Shown one piece after another: positions 29,201 through 42,488 of a stretch of DNA of 64,000 nt. The DNA comes from Ostrea edulis. Lineage: Eukaryota. The notes below the pieces were generated by a model. The model was given only the letters and a program-made list of their open reading frames with translations. It did no database searches and was not told the origin of the DNA. The stretch covers positions 82,398,001 to 82,462,000 of the forward strand of contig NC_079164.1 in NCBI RefSeq assembly GCF_947568905.1. The letters are read 5' to 3'. Position 1 is the stretch's first letter. Each line of letters begins with the position of its first letter. The position numbers and the translations under genes were made by a program.

Positions 29201-32200
29201 CAGATCTGTAACATCAAGCCTGAAGATATGGCCACTGTAGGTTCAACTGAATTGCTGGGGCGGCTTGGCATCGATGACCTCGACCTCATCTTAAGGGAAA
29301 GGAGACTCCGCTGGTATGGCCACGTTGTCAGATCCAGCAGTGCAGTCAAGTGCGCTCTAAACATACAAGTTCCTGGGAGACGTAGAGTTGGTCGGCCAAT
29401 GCTATCATGGAGAGAGCTGACGGAGAAAGATTGTAGAAAATGGAAGCTCTCTACTGCCGACCCTCAAGACCGGAAAGAATGGAGATCTGAGGCGAGATCT
29501 GCCATGCGTGCAGCTAGCCAGATACCTGGAAGGGGCCCACTAGTGTGGACAATACCCGTAATCCTGCACGGAAATAAAAAGGAACCGACAACAACAACTG
29601 GAAGAGGGGAGACATAATTCCCACTGCAAGATAGTATACTTCACCTGTAGTTACAATACTTGCTCTAATAAGTAGTCTGGGTACTAAAGGATCTTATGGG
29701 TTGTTAATTCTAAGTATTACCATCACGTACAAAAGGAGTCAGATGATACATAATTTTCTCACATTATCACCAGTGTGAGATCGACTTTACCCATGTGAGA
29801 CTTTTCTATCTCACACTACTGCAACATCATTTGATTTTGACGTCATATATTTTCTATGATTTACGTTACACGGTGAAGATTTACGTTACAAGGTGAAGTA
29901 AAAATATTTTGCATTGTTACTTACAGCGTAAACCATTTTCGGGTATGCTCTTTCTGCCTATCTAATTAATTTTTACATCGAAGTTCAAATGAGGATATCG
30001 ATAATTTAGAATTTTCTCAAAGCTCCTAAATCTATGCACTAAACTGTAGGTAAAATGTGAGAAAAATAATCCTTCATTATTTACTCGTGTGGAATAGGGA
30101 AATTCCACCTCTGGAACAAGATTGGCTGTCTAGGACGAGACTTTGCCACATCCTAGACTGCGAATCTCATCCCCTCGGTGGAATATCCCTATCCCACACT
30201 CGTACTAATGAAGGATTCTATTAATCTTCATCCCTCAGCTCTTATTCTGCCAAAACTTATTTTTTCTATAAACTGACAAAATCAAGAAATGACTTCCATT
30301 TTCACACATACCTGTACCTCAGTCACATAGTAAAGTTCAAATCATGCTGGCTTGTACAATCGTTTCTCCACATTTGTTGTCAAACCAGAATATCAGTAAA
30401 ATTGATGGATGCTCCCCTACGCACGTTTAACAAATGAACTGCTTCATATGATGAATGACTCACACAATGATCAGTATGTTTGTAAAACATATATGCCCTC
30501 GTGGTGCAAAATTGAAAAGGGTTATACACATGCATCATTTAATTGATAGTGGTGCCAAAACAATTCAAGATATTGAGCAGACAATATTTTCCTTGTCCAG
30601 AGTGGACTGACCCTTGACCTTTGACCATGTGAACTAAAAATCAATAGGGGTCATCTACTCCTTAGGATATATCAGTGTACCAATTTTGGTGTCAAATCAA
30701 GCAAATAATTCTTAAATATGGGAAACAATACATTACTGTGTCCAGTTTGACACTTGACCTTTGACCATGTGAACCAAAATTAATTGGGGTCATCTGTTCC
30801 TTAAAATGTACCAGTGTACCAAGTTTGATGTCAAGCAATGGGTTCTCAAGATATTGAGCAGAGAGTATTTTCCTATGTCTAGAGTGGATTTACCCTTGAC
30901 CTTAAAATCAATAGGAGTCATCTACTTTTTAGGATGTACCAGTGTACCAAGTTTGATGTCTGTCAAGCAAAGGGTTTTCAAGATATTGCAAAGTTGTTGA
31001 AAACTGTCAGTCCTGTTGGCAAGGCAGGCAAAAAAAAGATAAATTACTGAACCTTGACCATGTGACCTCAAAATCAATAGGGGTCATCTACTCCTTACAA
31101 TGTACCTGAGTACCAAGTTTGATGTCTGTCAAGGAAAGGGTTCTCAAGATAATGATCAGACAGTATCTTCCTATGTTCAGAGTGGATAGACCCTTGACAT
31201 GACCTGAAGAAACTGCTGCGGTGGCCTAATGGTTAGAGCGTTCACCCCGCATGCGGAAGGCCAGGGTTCAAATCCCAGCTGCAACGTACCTAAGTCGTTA
31301 AAACAGGAAGTGACAGTTCCATCACCAAACGCTTGGCATCAGGTGTGAATGTCATGGGTCCTCGGAGATGACCTTAAAAATCAGAGATGTCCCATGTTAC
31401 AGTAGGTGTGGCACGCTAAAGAACCATCACTGCTCAATGGCCGTAAACGCCAAGTAAAGGTCTAAATTTGAAGCCCTTCACCGGTCTTGGTGACATCTCC
31501 ATATGAGTGAAAATTCTTGAGAGAGATATTAAACAAGATACAATCAATCAATCATGACCTGAAATCAATAGGGGTCCTCTTCTACTCATAACCAACCCAA
31601 ATATGAAATATCATTACGATCAAGTGAATGGTTCTCAAGATATTGAGCGAACAATATGTGGTCTTCCAACAGACAGAACCACAGGTGCAAAGCATTATGC
31701 CCCTCTTCTTTGAAAGGGGACATAATAACTGTTGAAATATTGCTGAAATGAAGGGTGCTTTTTTTTTCATATATAAGGTATATGTTGAGTGACATGACTT
31801 TTAGAAAATGACCTTCAATGACCTTTGTCTAAAAGTCATTTGCCCGTTACTTATTTGAGTGATATATGTTCAACTGTTGAAATAAACTTTTTCCTTATAT
31901 TAAGGTACATGTATATCTTCTGAGTGATCTTGACCTTTCCAAAATGGTGATGTTCCAAAAGTCCCTGTCCCAAGGAATATTTATGATCAATTTCTGATGA
32001 AAGTTTGGGAGATGGAATTTTTATATCAAAAACTGTTGAAATAAGGAAATTTCATATGTTCTGAGTGACCTTAACCTTTCCAAAATGACCTTGAGAGACC
32101 TTGGTCCAAAAGTCCTTGTCTCAAGGAACATTTGTGATCAATTGTATCAATTTCTGATAAAAGATTTAGGAGATAGGAGCTCGGACAGATACTGCAGCAA

Positions 32201-35200
32201 TTATATGCTCCCCTGATTTTTTTCGTTCACCCGTTTTCAACAAAGAACCTTGTCCATTATTAACACATGCATGCAAAGTTGACTGTTTCTAAGTGCAAAG
32301 TTCCATCTTTTTAAATAGTACTAGTGAGTTTTAATGGAAATATAAAATTTAATCAATGAGTCAACCATTGACACACACAAACACACACATGATTTAAAGC
32401 TTCGAATTCTAATTTTATTTTGCATGTCAAGAATTTTCAAACAGTTGTGAAGTCAATATTTCTGCCCCCCCCCCCCCCCAACTTGCTGTTCAAAGTATGG
32501 GGGGGGGGGGGGATGAGTTCATACATGAGAAGAGGTTTATCTGTGTAATTTAAACCATCTTGAAATACAGAACGATGAAAATCTTGAAATCTTAGCCCTA
32601 TGAAATTAAAGCCCTTTACAGTACCCTGTTTATAAATACTAGTATTTATCTAAAGCTTAGGACTGCAATGATAAATGCATAAATCAACAAGAGGCCCAAG
32701 GGCCTAGAATCACTCTTCTGATAAATTGTACAACCCCACCATTTCTATTCTTAGTCTCTTAGTATTCTAAATCTTTAGTTAAATCCTAAGAATTCAAAAA
32801 AAGTAGGTCAATGTGACCTACTTTTTGGTTTACACATTTTGAGAACCCAAGAAATATCAACTGAGAAAGTTTGATGATATTAAGCCAATTAGTATCTGAA
32901 TATTGAAATATAGCTGTCAAATTCCAATCGTAGGTCATGGTGACCTACTTTTTGGTCAGCGAACTCCGAACATGCAAGACCCATCAACTGACAAAGTTTG
33001 ATGACTGTAGGTCAAATAGTATCTGAAATATATAAATATAGCTGTCAAATTCCAAAAGTAGGTCAAGGTGACCTACTTTTTTGTCAACACCCTTCAAACA
33101 TGCAAGACCCAACAACTGACAAAGTTTGATGACTGTAGGTCAAATAATATCTGAATTATATAAATATAGCCGTCCAATTCCAAAAGTAGGTCAAGGTGAC
33201 CTACTTTTTGGTCGAAACCCTTCGAACATGCAAGACCCATCAACTGACAAAGTTTGATGACTGTAGGTCAAATAGTATCTGAAATATATAAATATAGCCG
33301 TCAAATTCCAAAAGTAGGTCAAGCTGACCTACTTTTTGGTCGACACACTCCGTAGACTCAAGATGCATCAACTGTCAAAGTTTGATGATTGTAGGTCAAT
33401 TAGTGACTGAAATATATAAATATAACTGTCAAATGCCAAAAGTAGGTCACAGTGACCTACTTTTTGGTCGATACACTCCGAAGAATCAAGATGCATCAAC
33501 TGACAAAGTTTGATGATTATAGGTCAAATAGTGTCTGAAATATAGTAATTTAGCTGTCAAATACCAAAAGTAGGTCACGGTGACCTACTTTTTGGTCGAC
33601 ACAAACCGAAGACTGAAGACACATCAACTGACAAAGTTTGATGATCCTAGGTTTTACAGTGCCCAAAATATGCATCTAAAATTGAAAATGTGAAATTTGA
33701 ATATCTGCAAAATTCAAAAAGTAGGTCATTGTGACCTACTTTTTTATAAATATGTTTCAAGGCCTCAAGATGCATCAACTTACAAGATTTGATGACTCTA
33801 AACCTCTCGGTATTTGAAATAACAACTTAAAATATAACTATAAATGATAAGCCATAAAATTCAGAAAGTAGGTCACAGTGACCTATTTTTTAGTTGACGC
33901 ATTTCAAGGTCCCATGATCCACCAACTGACAAGTTTTGGTGATCATAGGCTTCAAAGTGTCCAAGATATGCATCAAAATTAATTTTAAAATAAATACCTG
34001 CAAAATTCAAAAAGTAGGTCACCGTGACCTACTTTTGAGAGAACTTGACACAAGGTCCTAAGATGCATCAACTGTCAAAATTTGATGATCCTAGTCCTTA
34101 TAATGACTAAAATATCAAAGATTTAAGGAAATATAAATTTAGGTCAACTTTGAAGTGACCTTGAGACCACGCCCTTTGCCCCAGGGTAATGCCTTGAACA
34201 ATTTTTAATCTACAACATATCCTCATCCTTATGTGTAAGTTTGGTGATAATCTGCTTAGTGGTTCTTGAGAAGAAGATTTTTTAGCAACCACTACTTTTG
34301 TTTGTATTTTCCTGATTATCTCCCCTTGTTAAAGGGTCACATCCCTCTATTTAGTATGTATGAAAGCCCTTGGGCCAATGATACCCTGTAACAAATTTGA
34401 AAAAAATTGGCCAAGGGGTTCTTGAGTTATAGCCCTTTTTCTAAAAAGTTTACGCACACCGCACAAATGGCCATAGCATTAGCTCTTTGAGCCTTCGGCT
34501 CAGAAGAGCTAAAAATCGCTAAAACGCATCAAAGATGTATATGGCTGAGTTGCAGTTTGGAATGTGTTCATTGGAATGACCCTAATTTGTGAATGTGAAG
34601 GTGAACATTTCCAATAAAATTATGCATGCTTGCATTCATGAAGTAAAAACATGCACATATTTAATATAGTTTATAAATATGAAGCTTTGAATGGCCGCAA
34701 TAGCTATTTAGTGTAATAATGACCTTGACCTTTGGATTTCAAAAGCAACATGAATATTGAATGTCATCAGGATTTGAAGTCTGATAAACATGCACCAGCA
34801 AGTACATGTATAAAAGTTAGTGGCAAGCTCAAATCTACAGTACATGAAAATAGTGAAAAAGAGACCTTGACCTTAAAATAAATAGGAACCTTCATCTTTT
34901 GGATGTGACCAAAATATGCAAGTCTGACAAAGACGCACCAAGTAGTATGAAAGTTAGAGACCGGACAAGCTCAAATCTATGGCATTTAGTGACAAAGAGA
35001 CCTTGACCTTTGTCCTTTTGACCTCAAAATAAATAGGAACCTTTCTCTTTCGGATGTGATCATGTTATGTAAGTCTCACAAAGATGCACCAAAAAGTATG
35101 AAAGTTAGAGACCAGACAAGCTAATTGTGGATGCCGCCCGCCCGACTGGACACCCATTCTTCGCCAATTTAAAAGCAGAGATTTGCTACGCAACTCAGCT

Positions 35201-36574
35201 AATTAGATGTATCTGCATGACACAAATGCTACCGCCTGCAGTAAAGTCAAATGGAGGAAATTCATCGAAACATAGCATTGAATGTGGTATTCATATTGCA
35301 CATTAGACAATTAAAAACTCATCAACAATCCTTTATAAGTTTTAACAGCCATGAAATAAATACAAGTCCATAAAAAATCAACGAACTGAAACAAAACTCA
35401 AACTCAGTCCGTAACTCATCAATATACATCTTTATACAAAAACTCAGTTCAATATCTCAAGGCGTTTAGGAAAAAGTCTGGAAAACTGGTTGTAACAGCA
35501 ATTTGGGCACAACTACATAAAAACAACTCAACAAACCGGAACAAAACTCAAACTCGATCTGTAACTCATAAATATACATCTGCATTTAAAAAACCCAGGC
35601 CAATAGCTCTAGTTATTTAGAAAAAAAAGTTCAGAAAACTGGTTGTAACAGTAATTCTTATACGTTAAAGGGGCACAACTCCATCAAAAATCAAAGAACT
35701 GGAACAAAATTCAAACTCTATCTGTAACTCATCAATATACACCTGCATACAAAAAATTAATTTAATATCTCAAGGCGTTTAGAAAAAAAAGGTCTGGAAA
35801 ACTGGGTGTCACAGAAGGACTGAAGGAAGGACAAGGGTAAAACTATATGTCCCGACCACTTCATGGTGGCGGCATATAAATAGGTCAAACTCAATCTGAT
35901 TAAAATACAGATCTCTCAAATAGCGCTATTTGAGAGATCTGTATTTTAATCAGATTGGGTCAAACACCAAGGTGATGATCATGAGGTCAAACATTTTGGT
36001 ACCAAAAGAAAGGTCTTGTCACAAAAAATACTCATTAGAAATATGAAAGTCCTAGCACTAAGCGTTCAAAAGATATGGCCAAGGTTAAAGTTTTTGTGGA
36101 TAAACAGGCAAACAGACCAAAAACTATATGCCCACCAATCTCTAACTATGGGATTATTACGACGTGCAGTTTTTGGAATCAATTTAGCATGTAAACAGAT
36201 ATTTCCGAACAACATATACATAATGCATATTCTATGTTTGCATACTCAAAGTCATAAGCTGTGACACTGTCATTGAACCTTAAGAACCAAAGTCAAATGT
36301 GACAATGTCAAAGTTTGATGATCTTAGGCCTCATAGTGTGAAAGATATGACCTAGAAACAATTTGACTTTGGAATGCAATTCAAAAGTATGTCACCATAA
36401 CCTACTTTTGGATCATGACACACCACCACCACCACCCCTAGCAAGATGCATTCACTGACTAAGTTTGATGGTCCCAGGCCTCACAGTGCTCAATATACAT
36501 GATCCAGACATGATTTGAATATGTATAGCCATAAAGTTCCAAAATTATGCCACAGTGACCTATCTTTAGGTAGC

Positions 36575-36617
<43 letters not shown>

Positions 36618-39600
36618 AGAATGCATCAACTGATCAAATTTACTGGTCCTATATACTTCACAGTGTGCAAGATAGGATCGGAACACAATTTGAGTATAAC
36701 CTTAAAATTCCACCAAGAAGCCAGTATCTATTTTTCAGATCACAACAAACCTCCCAAAATACATGACTAGGTTTGATTGTCCTGGGTAGGTTTGTGTGAA
36801 AAATATGTTATGCCCGGAGTATGGACATGAAAAAATAACAAACTGACGGACAGGAAAGCCCATAATATGGCCCATCAAAGACAGGTGTGTAATTACTTCT
36901 CATTGCAATTTGAAAAATTATCAATTTATCATTCCGAAAACTCTGTTCATCTCCTGTGTTTTTGATCCTCCAGATTGTTATACACTTCTTGAACAGCAGT
37001 AAGCTTGAAAGAGTTGCTCCCCTTTTATTTAGAGTCATTTTGATTTGAGTTCATCATAATTTCAGACATGACTTGATTTTATTTCTAGATAATTATAGTA
37101 AAACTTCTCCAAACTGGCCCCTCAGAAAACCAGTCTTTCCTAAATATCGGCCGATTTTAAAGTCCCAGCAGAAATCTTACCATTTGCTCACAAAACTGGC
37201 CACCCCTGAAAACCAGACACCCCCAATATTTTTTTAAAGGTATCAGGTAACAAACAGGTGTAAGACAAGAATTGGCCAGATGGGAGATCCAAAAGGGCTT
37301 GGTGTGAAAATTACCAGCTGAAGGTGTGAAAAATGCAAATGGCCTGAAGGATTTCTATTGTTTACCTGTAATGTGAAGGTGATATTATCACCTGGATGTA
37401 ACCTGTCTAAATTCTGTACAAAATCTAATAAACAGGTATTGAACATGAAAGAATAGAATATCAAACACCATATTGTTGCACTAAGGTTTTTTTTATGGAT
37501 ATATAAATAACATTAACATAATAACTTTATGTTTAAGAGTTAATGATAATTATCAAAAGATATGTTAATTTTCTTGATTTATGTACACTGGAAATATTCA
37601 AATTACAATTATATATTTACAACTAAACATTTCACAAACATTTGAACAAATCTGTTGATTTCATAAACAATATAAACAGAGTTTAGGTAGAATGTTGACA
37701 TAGAAACCTCATTTCTTTGTGTTTTCAGCTATCAGATCCGCCAGTATCTTTTAATTCAAGAATGAATCCTTCTAACAGGATTGTGGGATTCATTAATAAG
37801 GATGAACTTCATACCTCTGGTATTAGTTAGCTAATAATTAGATGTCTGCTAATAATTTTTCAAGATGACAATTTCATATCAACAGGATCAATGTACCTAA
37901 AATCTGTGTATCCTATCTACTCTATCAGTTGGAGGATGATTACCGCAGTGTCATTGTCAGATACCCACGGCTGATCTCGTCCTCTACCGGGTGATGAGTA
38001 GAAGACAAGGTCAGCTTTGGGTATCTGATGATGCTGCAATGTTACAGCTTGTACTTATCTTCAAACTTAATTAACTCATCATCAAAAGCTCTTTTTTTTA
38101 AATTGGTTTTACACAAAGATAAGAGTTTGTTTTGTTATTAAAACATGGTATGAAGAAAACATATCTAATGATAATTGAGATAAAGTATGATCACTATATT
38201 CTAAATTCTTGTTAACTGGCCATCCCTCTAATCCAGCCATTTCATTCAATCCACTAGCTGGCCAGTTTAGAGAAATTTCACTGTATATTTTGTCCAGCAC
38301 AGTTACGTGACCTTAGATTCACACCACGTCTATGGATGATAATAATTTGATGGTGACCCCTTACAGTACTTAGGTGATTTTGTTTCTGTTTCAGACAATC
38401 CATTCAAAACTCAAATGTTCACAACTATATATATAAGCACATCTCCTGACGTTAGCAGAGTATCTCATCATTCCCTAGCCTAATTACTCTTCTCAAGATT
38501 CTCTTGATCTGAATTGTTTATAACTGTCACAAAATTAATATTGAAGTATACAAATAGAAAACCTAGATGGTTTCAGAGAAGATGTGTCTTCTGGAAGATA
38601 CTGCTGACAAAAAATTCAGATTCACAGACAAAAGTGATCCTTTTAGATGCTACTTCTGCTCAACAATATGGACTAAAAAAAATCCATTAAAACTAATGAT
38701 GTCTAGCCATTTGAGAGATTGATGCAGTTTAATTCCCTGAGTGATAGTTTGTGATATTAGAGTTTACCCCTGTGATATTAGAGATTTATACAATTTGGTT
38801 CGAGGGCGTCTTTATAAATCAATACTACATATCTTTTCTACCTTCTTATCTAAAATGTCTATGTAAATCTGATCATTTGCACACTTCATCAGACTGATGT
38901 GCTGAGGTCTGATGATAGGGATTATAATCCTAAGTCCTTTGCTGTCTTACCTTGCTGGATGTTGTAGATTTTTTCAGTTCTTTTTCCAATAAAGTGACTC
39001 GCTCTTTCGCCTCTTTCTCAAGCTCTTCCAAAGTGGAAACAAGAACATCATTCTGTTCGCTAAGGTCATTCACATAGGCCTGTAGAATGCGGACACGAGT
39101 CTACAAAACAGGTCTTTACATTTAATCCCGTGAATTTTTATTCAACAGACCCAATGCTCTTTCAAATGAAAGATGATGTCCTGATGCTCTGATAGAGAAA
39201 CATGCTTTGTAAAACACATAAATTTCTTGACTTAATAGTGCAGCTTATAATAATCCAATCATTTACATATTGTAGATGCAGTTTCAAAAATTGTTACTCT
39301 CAAACACAGGGCTTTCAATAAGAACCAGCAGGTGAATATCACTAGTTAGATTCTAATAGATGTTGAGGATTCAAATTCAATACCCCACCCTTCATATCAT
39401 TAGTTATCCAGATTCAATCAAGGGTGTACAGAGATTTACCCTGGATTGTATGCATTTCATTCATCCTAAAGCCACAGGCCAAAGGCTGTATGGAATGCAA
39501 CCTGAGGTATATCCTCCTACTACTCCCTTGATTGAATTTTATTTTCTATGTAACCAAATGATGTTACAATGTATTATTTAGTGATTAAGATATAAGGAAA

Positions 39601-42457
39601 TTCATGTCAGATACTTTATGTGTTTTACGAGAGCCTGGGTAACTAACATGACACAATATATTGAATCATTGATGAATATGTTTTAAGGAACAAATCAATG
39701 GTACTATTTTTTTCTTTGCATGCAAAGAAACAAAGCATTGTGACACCATGTTATTTACCCCTAGCTTCAGCTGGTGTACAGAAATTTACACCCACCTTGT
39801 TAACCAATCAAAATTAGCCTTACAAGCTACATACGAAATAAAGAGCTTTGCTCTTCAATCTGCCTTCTGCAGCTTTGGTCATTTAAAATTTCAGTTTCAC
39901 AAATTCAGCTCTAATTTACTAAAGACTCTGCTAAGTAAATTAGTAAACAAGAAGTCAAATATAAATGTCATTTCATCATTTTCATAAAATACCCATGCAT
40001 GCAATCTTTTATTTTCATGAGTGTTCCAATTCATACTATCAGGAGATAAACGGTGAATTTTTTTTCTCATAGTATCTTTCCCCGAAACTTAGGTATTAAT
40101 GAAACCAGACATATAAAATGTTATACGTATTGTTCATGGAACTGTCAGTAATCTTATTTTTTTATTCCCAACATATCGGTACATGTATATCTTCAAACAT
40201 CAACAAAATCTAAATGTTTATAAAAATGCTGAAGTGGAGTTTGAAAGTCATGGCATGCATATGCTTGTATCTAGCTGACATATCTTCATTAACATGAAAG
40301 ACTTAAGAGACCAAATAGAACTTCTCTTAAGTAAATACATTGTATTCCATAAAACAGAAGTCAGACCTTTATATCAGCAGGGCAATCCAGTGTTGGCAGC
40401 CTGGAACTTACCTGTAATTTCTCTTATTCTCAAACAATTTCAATGCAATTCAAATGAAAAAATGGGTAAACTTTATGACAGACACATCCCTTACAATCAT
40501 AAATGAAATATTACGGCCGCACAGTGATATTTTCAAGTTTCAGTTGCACTTTACAACTGTTTGTTACAATGCAAACACTGCGGCATACAGGAGTGTTGTA
40601 ACAAAAGAGGCGTCAGTTATTCTAATTAATTCAATTTTAATTCAAGCTGGTATATACTTATGATACTCCAATTTTCAAACCATAGTTTATGGTGAAATAT
40701 TTCTGCCATCACTTATCAGATAATGTTGACTTGTATGATAGATATGTTGATTTGTCAGTTAATTATGTCAACTTGTCAGAAGATTTCGACCACTTGCCAA
40801 GTAATAAGAAGTAAAACAAAAGCCCCATGGGCCACATCGCTCACCTTGGGTCTGCCTTTGTTCAGCTGTTTTGATTTTTAAAACATTTTTTTTTATCTAT
40901 CTTTATTCCCATGAAAATTTTGACCCCATATTGAGGCCTCCACCTGGCCCCAAAGGATCACATCATAACTGCAAATGAATTCACATATCACAGAGATGCC
41001 TCAACACCAATATGACTAACATGATCTTTAATGCTGTTCTGGATAAGACCAAGGTCACACATCATATTCATATGATATTTTGTCATAAGAAATCTATATA
41101 CAAAATATGAAAGCTCTATCTCAAATAGTTCAGGAGATATTGAATAGGTCAGATTTTTATTAAAAGAAGGTTGAACTTCCATGTCAAGGTCAAATAACAA
41201 AGTATAACAAGGCTTTGCCATAAAGAATATCTACACAAAATATGAAAGCTTTACCTTAAATAGTTCAGGAGATATTGATTACATCAGGTTTTTAAGAAAC
41301 TGGGCCAAGGTCATATGATAAAATATAATTGTATCACAAAGTATTGTCTTCAAGAATCTATATACAAATTTTAAATATGAAAACCCTACCTTGAATAATT
41401 CTGAAGATATTTAACAGATTATGTTTTAATTTTAAAGTAGGTCCAATTCCAAGGTCACAAGGTCAAAGGTCATAGTGTGAAATGAAAGGTCTTGCCATGA
41501 GAAATCTATATACACAATACGGAAGATCTACCTTAAATAGTTCAGGAGATATTGAATAGGTCAGAGATTTAAAAAGTAGGTCCAACTCTGAAGTCAAGGT
41601 CACAAAATCAAACTTCACGAAATAGTAAGGTCTTGTCATACAGAATTTAAATACAAAATATGAAAGCCTTGCCTTAAATAGTTCAGGAGATATTCAATAG
41701 GTCAGGGTTTTATTAAAAAGCAGGCCAAACTCAATTAAAGGTCAAAAGATCAAACACCATTGTATATTAAGATCTTGCCATAAAGAATCTATATATACAA
41801 ATAATGAAAGTTTCACCTAAAATAGTTCCGGATACATTTAAAAGGAGATGTTTTCATAAAAATAGGCCAAACCCCAAGCACAAGGTGAATGGCCATGATC
41901 TAATATGAAAGATCTTGCAATAAGAAATATTCATAGAAATATGAAATATCTACCTCAAATACTTCACAACATACTGAATAGGTCAAATTTTTTATTAAAA
42001 GTAGATCAAACTTTCAGTTCAAAGTCATAAAATCACAAACCATTGCATTACATGAAAGGTTTTTCCATAAAGTATGTAATACACAAAATATGAAAGCCCT
42101 AGCTTAGATACTTCTCAAGATATTTTCAAAGATTTTTCCTATAAATCAGCATATAACACTTTGATCCCCTATTGTGGCCCCACCATACCCTTAGGGACCA
42201 TGATTTTCACACAATTGGATCTTCTCTATGTCAGGAAGCTTTCATGTAAATTTCCACTTTTCTTGTCCAGTGTTTTTTTTTTGAGAAGAATTTCCCAATA
42301 TACTTGCATGCAAAACTTTGATCCCCTATTGTGGCCCCATCCTATCCCCGGGGCCATGATTTTAACAAATTTGAATTCACACTATATGTCAGGAAGCTTT
42401 GATGCAAATTTGAACTTTTTTTGGCCCAGTAGTTCTTGACAAGTCAACAAAATTATA

Positions 42458-42488
<31 letters not shown>

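Noticed and set aside
31215-31290. tRNA-like cloverleaf with A and B boxes
   Set aside because: Stems are imperfect and it is fused to a SINE body, tail and TSD, so it is a SINE head, not a tRNA gene.
32464-32512. C-run and G-run 20 bp apart forming a potential hairpin or G4
   Set aside because: Homopolymer runs are common in these repeats and are error-prone in assemblies.
32800-34100. Regularly spaced palindromic repeats resembling a CRISPR array
   Set aside because: The sequences between palindromes are themselves near-identical repeats, there are no cas genes, and the context is eukaryotic.
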